Source: Eledone cirrhosa (taxonomy: Eukaryota). Taken from it: a DNA stretch of 64,000 bases. The position numbers and the translations under genes are program-made. Positions 54,642 through 64,000 of this stretch are shown here, in pieces (positions within the stretch are counted from its first letter, which is position 1; every line of letters begins with the position of its first letter). The stretch is taken from the NCBI GenBank assembly GCA_964016885.1, contig OZ024758.1:17484001-17548000 (forward strand), read 5' to 3'. Below the pieces are notes generated by a model. It made no database searches. It saw nothing but the letters and a program-made list of their open reading frames with translations, and had not been told where the DNA came from.

Positions 54642-57600
54642 ACACCATCGCCCCCCGCCCCTCACCGCCCCCAACCCCCAAACGCAATCCAAAACTTCAG
54701 AGTTGGTACCATAAATGTAGGCACCCTAAAGGGTCGCGCTAACGAGGTTGTAGAAATGCTTGAACGTAAGGAGGTCGATGTTTGTTGTATTCAAGAGACC
54801 AGGTGGAGGGGTGGGTCTGCTAGGTTCATTGAGGGTAAAAAACGTTGTTATAAGCTTTTCTGGGTGGGAAACGACGATGGGCTGGGTGGAGTAGGAATCA
54901 TGGTAGCAGAAAAGTGGGCAGATAAGATAATAGACGTAAATAGAGTGAACGACAGAATAATTAAAATACGACTTGTCCTCAATAGAACTACGGTGACAGT
55001 AATATCTGCGTACGCACCCCAACCCGGACTGCCCGGCACTATAAAAGACAGATTCTATGAGACACTGATGCTAACTACCTCCCAAATATCCGACAGTGAC
55101 TATATAATTATCGCAGGCGACCTAAATGGTCACGTTGGACAACATTGTGACGGCTACGACGAAATCCATGGAGGCTATGGGTTTGGTACTAGAAATGAGG
55201 AAGGCTCCAGAATCCTGGAATTCTGTGATGCAAATAACCTAACTATCTGTAACACTAACTTCAAAAAACGTGACAATCACCTGATCACCTATAGATCCGG
55301 GGAACACACAAGCCAGGTAGATTATATCCTTACCAGAAGACGTGACAGAGTGTCTGTTGTTAACACTAAATCCCTCCCCCATGAAGAATGCACCTCCCAA
55401 CATAGACTGATAATTAGCGACCTCATAGTCAGGACGAGACGTACTCGACAACAGAAGAGGACTATCCTCAGGAGGAAAATATGGAAGTTAAAGGACCCCA
55501 CAGCCAGGAATAAATTTCAAAGCATATTACTTGATGCTTTCGACAGTAAGGAAGAACATTTAGAGTCGGACAATATAGAGGGAGAGTGGGAATTTCTGAA
55601 AGCAAACCTGCTGTTGGCGACAGACGAGGTCTGTGGCTGGAGCAGGCCTGTAGGCAGGAGGAGAGTAACATGGTGGTGGAACAGTAAGGTGGAGGGGTCA
55701 ATTAAGGCCAAAAAGCAGGCTTGGAAAGTATGGCGGGATGGGGGAAGTAGAGAGGACTATCAAGTGGCCAGGAGGGAAGCTAGGAGACAAGTGTACTTAG
55801 CAAGAAGGGAAGCTGAGGAAAGAAAGTTCAAGCATGTTCTACAACGCGATGACCAAAAACGTGAGGTGTTCAGGATTGCTAGGCAATGCGTCAAGGAAAA
55901 CCGTGATATTGTCGGGGAGAAGTGTGTACTAAACGACGATGGCACACTTGCCATCACCGACGCTGATAAGAAGGTAGCTTGGAAGTGTCACTATGAAAGG
56001 CTTCTAAATGAGGAGAATAATTGGGAGAAAGGCAGTCTCCCCCATATCGACCCAATAGAGGGACCAGCAGTGTTAGTCGAGGGGAGTATAATAAGTAAGG
56101 CAATCAAGGATATGAAGACTGGTAAGGCGGCTGGGCCTTCGGAAATAGTTGCTGAGATGCTGAAGGCATCTGGCACGGTGGGACACACCATGGTCACCCG
56201 CATAGTTAACCAAGTCGTACAAAACGGGGTTGTTCCGAAGGACTGGCATAGCAGCATCATCGTTAACTGTTATAAGGGTAAAGGAGACGCCCTAGATAGG
56301 AGTAACTATAGAGGCATTAAATTAATCGACCAGGTCATGAAGGTCACGGAAAGAGTAATAGCGCAGCTAATCAGAGAGAGAATTGACCTAGATGAAATGC
56401 AGTTCGGGTTTGTGTCAGGCAAAAGTACCACAGACGCTCTTTTCATAGTACGACAACTACAAGAGAAGTACCTAGCTAAAGGTAAACCCCTCTACTTAGC
56501 TTTTGTCGACTTGGAGAAAGCCTTCGACAGAGTCCCCCGCTCCATTATCTGGTGGGCTCTTAGAAAACTAGGCGTTGACGAATGGCTTGTGAGGGCTATA
56601 CAAGCCATGTATAAAGAAACAGTCAGCAAGGTTAGAATTAACAACGAATATAGTGAAGAGTTTAGCGTAAAAGTCGGCGTCCATCAGGGCTCTGTTCTCA
56701 GTCCACTACTATTTATTATTGCCCTTCAGGCCATAACAGAGGAGTTCAAGACAGGCTGCCCATGGGAACTCCTATACGCAGACGACCTGACACTCATAGC
56801 GGAATCAATGGCCGAGCTAGAGAAGAAATTCCAAACATGGAAGCACGGCCTAGAGTCAAAAGGACTTAAAATTAACCTGGCTAAGACCAAAGTACTAGTT
56901 TGTAGGAAAGAAAACAAGGCGGCGGTCCCTTCTGGGAAATGGTCGTGCTCGGTGTGTAGGAAAGGCGTAGGTAGAAACTCCATTTTATGTCCTAAATGCA
57001 AAGTATGGGTGCATAAAAGATGTAGTGGGATCACAGGTAGGCTAACTAAGAACATAGATTTTACATGTGGCCGGTGCTCTGGTGCAATAAGTAGCAGCAA
57101 GTGCCCACAAACTACTAGCTCTTTCAATTGCGCAGAGGGTTCTATAGAAATAGTGGACAGCTTCCGTTACCTGGGCGATAAAATCAGCAGTGGGGGAGGG
57201 TGCTCTGAAAGTACTGTAGCTAGAGTCAGAACTGGTTGGAAAAAGTTCAGAGAGCTTATACCACTATTAGCTGCTAAAGGGTTCTCACTAAAAATGAAAG
57301 GCAGGTTGTACGATGCCTGCATACGAACAGCAATGCTGCATGGCAGTGAGACCTGGGCATTGTGTGCAGAGGATATACGCAGACTAGAGAGGAACGAAGC
57401 TTGCATGCTCCGCTGGATGTGTAACAGTAATATACGTGAACGGCAAAGCATAAACGAACTAAGGAATAAATTAGAGATAAGAGGGATCAGATGTTGTTTA
57501 CTCGAGAGAAGGCTACGTTGGTATGGACACGTGATGCGCATGAAAGTCGATAGCTGTATAACAAAGTGCAGGGCAATAAAGATAGACGGTAGTCACGGAA

Positions 57601-58121
57601 TAGGCAGACCTAGAAAAACCTGGGACGAGCTGATAAACTCCGACATCACACACTTACACCTCTCCAAGACAATGTCACTGGACCGAGACCTTTGGCGGTA
57701 CTCAGTAACAGAGAAGACCCGCCTTACCTAAATATATAGTAAAACCTACTCCAGCCAGTAGGCATCTCTAACAAATACACCCCGTCCCACCACCCCCACC
57801 CGATCCACACCACCCCGTTCTATGTAAAGTTATGTTGGTGCCGCGCCATCGAGGCCGAAACAAATGAGATCGTGTAGGTGTCACGACAAAAAAACACACA
57901 GTCCACGCTGTAATGTGGCCGTGTAGGCAACACGGTAAAAACCTCCCAGACCCACACTGTAAATGTGGTTGGTGTTAGGAAGGGCATCCAACTGTAGAAA
58001 ACCTGCCAGACAGTCCTATGCGAGCAAGACAATCACTCTTGCCTCAAGTGGGACTACCCCCGTCCAAACCCATGCAAGCGTGGAACACGGACGTTAAACG
58101 CTGATGATGATGATGATGATG
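54640..58121 (+). mobile_element. Near full-length, 5'-truncated RTE LINE with 3' UTR ending in (GAT)n
   Basis: ORF above plus 3' UTR 57732-58100 ending GGACGTTAAACGC(TGA)n; (TA)n tracts on both sides. Confidence 0.9.
54756..57731 (+). CDS. RTE-clade non-LTR retrotransposon ORF (APE endonuclease + reverse transcriptase + PHD-like finger)
   Basis: 991-aa uninterrupted ORF. APE motifs [27 protein letters not shown] and SQHRL; RT motifs [40 protein letters not shown] and FRYLG; RTE-type C-terminus [11 protein letters not shown]...GRPRKTW. The frame stays open upstream to about 54639 and includes the first APE motif RVGTINV. Confidence 0.96.
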   Translation: MLERKEVDVCCIQETRWRGGSARFIEGKKRCYKLFWVGNDDGLGGVGIMVAEKWADKIIDVNRVNDRIIKIRLVLNRTTVTVISAYAPQPGLPGTIKDRFYETLMLTTSQISDSDYIIIAGDLNGHVGQHCDGYDEIHGGYGFGTRNEEGSRILEFCDANNLTICNTNFKKRDNHLITYRSGEHTSQVDYILTRRRDRVSVVNTKSLPHEECTSQHRLIISDLIVRTRRTRQQKRTILRRKIWKLKDPTARNKFQSILLDAFDSKEEHLESDNIEGEWEFLKANLLLATDEVCGWSRPVGRRRVTWWWNSKVEGSIKAKKQAWKVWRDGGSREDYQVARREARRQVYLARREAEERKFKHVLQRDDQKREVFRIARQCVKENRDIVGEKCVLNDDGTLAITDADKKVAWKCHYERLLNEENNWEKGSLPHIDPIEGPAVLVEGSIISKAIKDMKTGKAAGPSEIVAEMLKASGTVGHTMVTRIVNQVVQNGVVPKDWHSSIIVNCYKGKGDALDRSNYRGIKLIDQVMKVTERVIAQLIRERIDLDEMQFGFVSGKSTTDALFIVRQLQEKYLAKGKPLYLAFVDLEKAFDRVPRSIIWWALRKLGVDEWLVRAIQAMYKETVSKVRINNEYSEEFSVKVGVHQGSVLSPLLFIIALQAITEEFKTGCPWELLYADDLTLIAESMAELEKKFQTWKHGLESKGLKINLAKTKVLVCRKENKAAVPSGKWSCSVCRKGVGRNSILCPKCKVWVHKRCSGITGRLTKNIDFTCGRCSGAISSSKCPQTTSSFNCAEGSIEIVDSFRYLGDKISSGGGCSESTVARVRTGWKKFRELIPLLAAKGFSLKMKGRLYDACIRTAMLHGSETWALCAEDIRRLERNEACMLRWMCNSNIRERQSINELRNKLEIRGIRCCLLERRLRWYGHVMRMKVDSCITKCRAIKIDGSHGIGRPRKTWDELINSDITHLHLSKTMSLDRDLWRYSVTEKTRLT

Positions 58122-58137
58122 ATATATATATATATAG

Positions 58138-58178
<41 letters not shown>

Positions 58179-58531
58179 TGTGTGTATCTATATATACTGT
58201 TTGTTTATGTCTAATAACATTGTGGTTTAACAAAACGATCAATACTGTAAGTACCAGATGTGAAAATATAAGAGGTGGGGTTAATTTAAATCACTTCTCG
58301 CTGGTGTCCCACCATGGCAGCAATTGAATACATGAAACCAATAATCAAATCTTTTATATAAATATTCATATTTTCCTTGATAAATATATGATACTTCAAG
58401 TGTAGTTACATACCTAGTGGTGTTTCTATACAAAAATAACTGATAGGTTGTCAGCTCTGTATTCATACAATTTCTTCTTTGTATCATTCTCTTTCATCTC
58501 AGCTCACTTGTAATAGATACCTGTTTTGTCT

Positions 58532-58746
58532 TAACCTGTTATCATTTACATTACTCTATATTTACTATTATATTTATATTTTAAAGGCTATATCTCACAT
58601 GATACTGAATCTATGAGATTTTGATATTATTTATTTTAAGACCACTACCTTAATGTCACTATGCGTGGCTGGCTACAGCCAGTTTGAACAGAAACAGTTC
58701 AGAGAACTCTGGATTGAAATGGCTGGTTTAAATGCTAGAGGTTTAA
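58532..58746. mobile_element. Degenerate piggyBac-type MITE
   Basis: Collinear with 29087-29298; termini decayed. Confidence 0.65.
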
Positions 58747-59279
58747 ATCTTCTTTTCCCTCTCTCAAATAAGTTTATGTTGTAAACAATTCAATGGTTTC
58801 AGTTTTGGTTTCAGTATAACATTCAATGACATTCATCTAATAGAAGGTTGGTAAGGCATTTTAGTCAAATCAATAAACAAACAACTTTTCTCGTAATGGA
58901 AAATTAAATAAGGCTAAATAATGCAAAATGGATGGTAAGATAAGGTAATGAAAAAGTAAGTCGCCTGGTAATGTTTTTTTTTTTTTTTTTTGTTGCTGTT
59001 ATTTCTTTTGTCCTAATGTTTTGAGACTTAAAATTCCCTTCTTCTGAGTATAAGGAATTCTCATAGAAAAATGTTCTGGTTTCTTCTCTTTGGAATTGAA
59101 TTTAGATTTCAATATTAAATTGCTTTCAAGTATTGTTTGGGGGATACTTTGTTATTCATGAGATTGGCATTGTTTTATCAGTTGTCATACACTTTGTTTT
59201 GGGGATGTTGATGCGCAAGCCAGCCTACAGCAAATGTTTGGCCAGTACATTCAGAAAGTCTTGCTGATCAACAAATTGT

Positions 59280-59830
59280 TCAAGTTACAGAGTTTGTATA
59301 TCTCGGTCACAAACTATCATCAAACAACAATGGAATGATGGCTGTGCAGTATTGCATCGCTCTAGGTTGGGCAGCTTTCAACAAGAACAAGGACGTACTA
59401 CCATCAAAACGAGTTTCCTATCATTTGAAGGCTAAGATCTTCAATATTTATATCCTACCAGTTGTGTTATATGGTTTAGACTGTGTTAATTGGATGACAA
59501 GCCCACTTCAGAAGCTCTCTACACTCATGAACCACATCATGAGACTTATGCCTGGCAAGTGGCTCAGCGACCATATCTGAATTACTGAGCTGCTCAACAT
59601 TACCAAACTTAGACCAATTACATCAATTGTCAAGTCAAGAGTACTCAAACTATACGGTCATATAAAAAGATCAACTTGTGGTGTGAGTAGGTTATGCCTG
59701 GAAGGAAGGTTGGCTGGTAAGAGAAGCAAAGGCCGGGAGCCAAAATGATGGCTTGATAAAGTCAACCTAAGGACTCGACTTCATCTTTTCTCTTTAAACT
59801 CTGCTATTCGTGATCAAACTTTGTGGAAAA
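59280..59830 (+). pseudogene. Old RTE-like LINE RT C-terminal fragment
   Basis: VTEFVYLG...IALGWAAF...KAKIFNIYILPVVLYG...*...RVLKLYGHIKR...LEGRLAGKRSKGREPK*W, with in-frame stops. Confidence 0.8.
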
Positions 59831-60614
59831 AATATCTCATGTTGAAGCACAGTTTGCAACTGATGGAGTTTAGTGTCAAAGAAGTAGTAGTAAGTAGTTG
59901 TTATTCACGAGAAGAATGGCATCAATTGCCGATATAGTATTTCATGGGATCAATGTTTGCAAGTGTATGCATGTGTCTTTTCATATCAGGTATAGTGCTA
60001 GTACTATGATATAAAATACATCCAATACATTCTGTAAAGTAGTTATTGTTAAGAAAGGGAATCAAGCCGTAGAAACCATGTGAAACAACCAAAATGTTGA
60101 AAGGTCTTTTCATTAGTTTCAAGGACATAGCAAGCCTTAACTAAGACAAAAATGAATACTTGAAATACCAGTGATTTACTAGAATTTCATCTAAACTACT
60201 GTCTTAACACGGAAAATGACCTTAAAGTACTTGTATGCGTGTATACATTTTATAGTAATAATTAATAATGTTATTCTTAAAGTGTCTATGTGTATCGAAA
60301 TTATAAAAACTAAATCAAAATCTAGTTGCATATTTAACATTAAATAATTTTATTCCTTTGACAATTCAAGTACAGCTAAAAAAATTATAAATATATGAAT
60401 AAATAAATAGATAAATAGATAGATAAATAAATTTAGAAAAATTCAATTTTTTTTGCCTGTAGGAATATTTTTGCAAATTTAAAAGTTCCCTTTTTTGAAT
60501 TGGAAGATATACCACATAAACATCTATAAATAAAACAGTTTCTATGATAATGCTAGAATGGGTAGAAGGGAAGAAGTTTCATAAGATATAACCATAACGA
60601 CGCAAATTAAACTA

Positions 60615-60830
60615 ATAATAATGATAATGATAATGATGTTGATAATGATGATGATGGTGATGATAACGAAAGCAATAAAAGAAGAGGTATTAATAATAAA
60701 AAATAATGATGAGGATGATGATGATAATGATAGTAGTGGTGATGATGATAGTAATGTTGATGATGATGGTGATGATGATGATGGTGATAATAGCAATAAA
60801 AATAGTGGAGGTAGTAATAAAAATATATTC
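60615..60830. repeat. (GAT/AAT)n degenerate trinucleotide tract
   Basis: Visible directly. Confidence 0.9.
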
Positions 60831-60997
60831 CTGTCAATGAAAAAAATACAATGATTTTAAAACATGAAATAAATTGAACATTATTTTCCTAATTGATTCC
60901 ACATTGTAAATAATATGCAAAAGAATTCAAGCACAAATGCACACATATCTATATAATGACTATTTCTGGATATTATGTACATATATATATATATTAG

Positions 60998-61070
<73 letters not shown>

Positions 61071-61142
61071 CTATATATATATATTATATTATAAAACATA
61101 TATATATATTATATTATATAATATATATATATAAATATATAT

Positions 61143-61318
61143 GAAAAAGTATGACCCCAACGGCAGAGCTCAAGCCGTTTCGACGGCTATTTCTAGAAAT
61201 GGCTTGAGCTCTGCCGTCAGGGGTCATACTTTTTTCCTATTACCCACTACTGCCCTAAGTATTGAGTACTCTCGTGCGTTATGGTCCATCTGGTTCCTTA
61301 CCACAATTCCTTCGTTAT
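61143..61318. mobile_element. Palindromic element, family A
   Basis: Same arms and tail as 2758-2940, with an internal deletion. Confidence 0.78.
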
Positions 61319-61430
61319 ATATATATATATTATATTATATATATATATTATATAATATATATATATATAAATATATATATATACATATATTATTATATAA
61401 TATATATATAAATATATATATATATATTAT

Positions 61431-61474
<44 letters not shown>

Positions 61475-61921
61475 ATATATATATATATATATACTTGTTC
61501 AAGTGACAGTCATAATTTCATTTATAACCAATCAAATTGCATTTAAAAAAAAAAGCCTTCGTGAGCCACTTTTTTTATTGTCATAAAATTCTCTAAAAGG
61601 CTACAAAACAAATTCCGAAACGGGCGCGAAATTTAATGTTGTTCACGTGACAGCCTAATTTCATTTATAACCAATCAGATTACATTTTTTTAGAAAAAGC
61701 CTTCGGGAGCCCCCTTTTTTTAAGTAAAAAGTAATTCAAACATTCACATATGAAAAAAACAACCTGAGCACCCCCCTCCCCTTGTTTGAAGAACTTTGTA
61801 ATGCGAACTGGCGCGAAATTTATTATACTTATTGACCAACCATTCAAATTACTTCTCTAAAAATCTGGCGTTTCGAGCCACTTTTTTCCATATAAAACAA
61901 GTAACATTCAAAGACCAACCA

Positions 61922-62132
61922 GATGTGAGAAAAACCACAGACCCTCCATCACAACTCTACTTTTGAAAAGCAGAAGAACTGTGAAACCTGTAAAGGAACC
62001 AAATAAATATATATATTTAAAAAAAAATAAGACTCCAGTTGCATTTTCGATTTCATCTTTTTTTCTTTATACTTTCACTCGTGTAGGACACCTCGGTTAT
62101 TTTTCATTTTGTAAAAAAACCTCACTTTCTAA
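61922..62132 (+). mobile_element. Family D element
   Basis: Core 61960-61996: CTT TTGAAAA GCAG AAGAA CTGT GAAA CCTG TA AAGG. Confidence 0.75.
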
Positions 62133-62279
62133 TATATATATATATTATATGTATTATATATATATATATATATATAAAGGAACGATCGACTTTCGTCAAA
62201 TCGGACCGAGGGAACAATGTTTCCGTTGGTCTTTCCAATTGTTAATACTATCTATCAGTCGCAACTCCATATATATAAT

Positions 62280-62670
62280 AATTGTTTCTACTTTTGGCAC
62301 AAGGCCAGAAATAACCCCAGTGTATTACTGGTACTTTATTTTATCGACCCCCTAAAGATGAATGGCAAAGTTAACCTCGGCGGGATTTGAACTCAGAATG
62401 ACAAGGGCCGTAACTCTATACATCAAAGCCTGGCATCCAAACCTCTACCGATACTGCATGGTTTCTTATATGGGCACAAGACCAGCAATTTTGGCGGAGG
62501 GGAAAGTCGATTAAATCAACCCCAGTGTGTGACTGGTACTTTATTTTATCGACCCATGTAAGGACGAAAGGCAAAGTTAACCTCGGCAGGATGTGAAATC
62601 AGATCATAAAGGGCCGTATCTCTATGCTGCAAAGCATGGCGTCCGATCCTCTACTGATACTGCCAACTCA
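62280..62670 (-). mobile_element. Two tandem S1 SINEs
   Basis: 62280-62457 and 62465-62670, reverse complement of S1. Confidence 0.85.
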
Positions 62671-62782
62671 ATAATAATAAAAAGGACGATTTTCTATCTC
62701 TTCATTATATTCATTGTGTAAGTCACACACACGTTTCACTATTGATCAGCTCAAGATTTGATCTGTATCAAGCCTGAGTCTA

Positions 62783-62819
<37 letters not shown>

Positions 62820-62822
<3 letters not shown>

Positions 62823-63095
62823 CGGGTGATGTGTTGTTTCCTTGAGCAAGACACTTTATTTCACATTGCTCCAGTTTACTCAGCTGTAGAAATGAGATGA
62901 TAGGGACTGGGGTCCCTATCATTCCACTGCAAAGTGGTTGTGGAGGCACCACAGCAAAAAAGCACCCAGCCCACACTGTAAAGTGGACGTGTAGGGCATC
63001 CTGCTGTAGAAATCAAGCCAGAATCAGTTCCCGTCCCACCCTTGCAAGCAGGGAAAAGCGGACGTAAAATGATGATGATGATGATGATGATGATA
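62820..63095 (+). mobile_element. S2 SINE, 5'-truncated
   Basis: Matches the S2 consensus. Confidence 0.8.
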
Positions 63096-63276
63096 TACAT
63101 ATATATATATGAAAAGGTTCAGGACCCCGGCAGCTGAGCTCCGGCCGTTTCAACAACTCGATCCAAACTGTTCGGATGTGATACCCCTACTATCAAATAA
63201 TCTGGTGCGTTATGGTCCACCTGGTATCGTACCACATCTTCTTTGTTATATATAAATAAATATATATATATATAAC

Positions 63277-63401
63277 ATTTAATATAGAAATGGCTTCTAC
63301 AGGACTAAAACTGTTTCATTGAAAAGAAATCTTTAGGAAAGCCTGATGATTTCTTTCGAATTAAATATTTCTAGTCCAGTAGAAGCCATTTCTATATTAA
63401 A
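63277..63401. mobile_element. Palindromic element, family B
   Basis: TTTAATATAGAAATGGCTTCTAC ... GTAGAAGCCATTTCTATATTAAA with central CCTGATGATTTC. Confidence 0.7.
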
Positions 63402-63931
63402 CTTTACATATATATATATATTTGTGTGTGTATGTATGCATGTAAATATATATATATAATACTTTAGAATAAACTACTTTGCATCATAGAACCACGGGCA
63501 CTTTCAGACAGTTTGTATCAAAAGGGTTTAAAAATTGCATTTCCTTTATAAATTAAATAATAGAGTTAGCTTCTAGCTATTCCATTAGGACATCACCTGC
63601 AGTTTTAATGATAACAAAGACAACATTTACATGCTGGGGGTAAATTATGAATTTGTTTGTTTTATGGCAAACACCTAAACTGTAGGTTACTCAGATAATA
63701 TCTAGTAAAGAAAATAGTTTATATACGAAAATTTTTCATATTATAAATTTTATACATACAGAGATGTACTGTATATTATCATCATTTCTTATTCTTAACA
63801 TCAGTAAGATATGCCCACAATGTTACCCCACCCATTACAGGTTTAATAATTAATTATACAAACACTTAGTAATCTGATGATATTTATTATGTAAATATTA
63901 AATAGTGTGAGCATTATCATCACCATTAGGG

Positions 63932-64000
63932 AAGTGGATTAGCAGTATCAGTAGACCGTTAGACGCCATGCTTTGCAGCATAGAGTAATGGTCATTGACA
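63932..64000 (+). mobile_element. S1 SINE 5' part (runs off the window)
   Basis: GTGGATTAGCAGTATCAGTAGA..GACGCCATGCTTTGCAGCATAGAG. Confidence 0.7.

Noticed and set aside
54848-57541. Minus-strand ORFs within the RTE
   Set aside because: Antisense shadows of the RT ORF with no independent motifs.

Overview
AT-rich, repeat-saturated eukaryotic DNA. The SINE/LINE repertoire and large (TA)n microsatellites suggest a cephalopod, probably an octopod (inference). No host protein-coding exon could be recognised, and nearly all listed ORFs are microsatellite artefacts. The only intact CDS is an RTE-clade LINE ORF (54756-57731; APE endonuclease plus RT, with a C4HC3 PHD-like finger inserted in the RT C-terminal region). 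The rest comprises LINE 3' fragments (RTE, CRE-like, R4/Dong-like), tRNA-derived SINEs (Meta-like and CORE-like), piggyBac-type and Tc1/mariner-type MITEs, minisatellites and microsatellites. The main signal missed by the ORF track is a dense set of short (100-400 bp) elements sitting in (TA)n tracts, often long palindromes. Many carry type I hammerhead ribozyme motifs (stem I-CUGANGA-stem II-GAAA-palindromic stem III-NUH-stem I') from several unrelated families. These include covarying copies, a U3-A8 core variant and long-stem-II variants. They resemble Penelope-like pseudo-LTR remnants or retrozyme-like elements, and no Penelope ORF is recognisable in the window.
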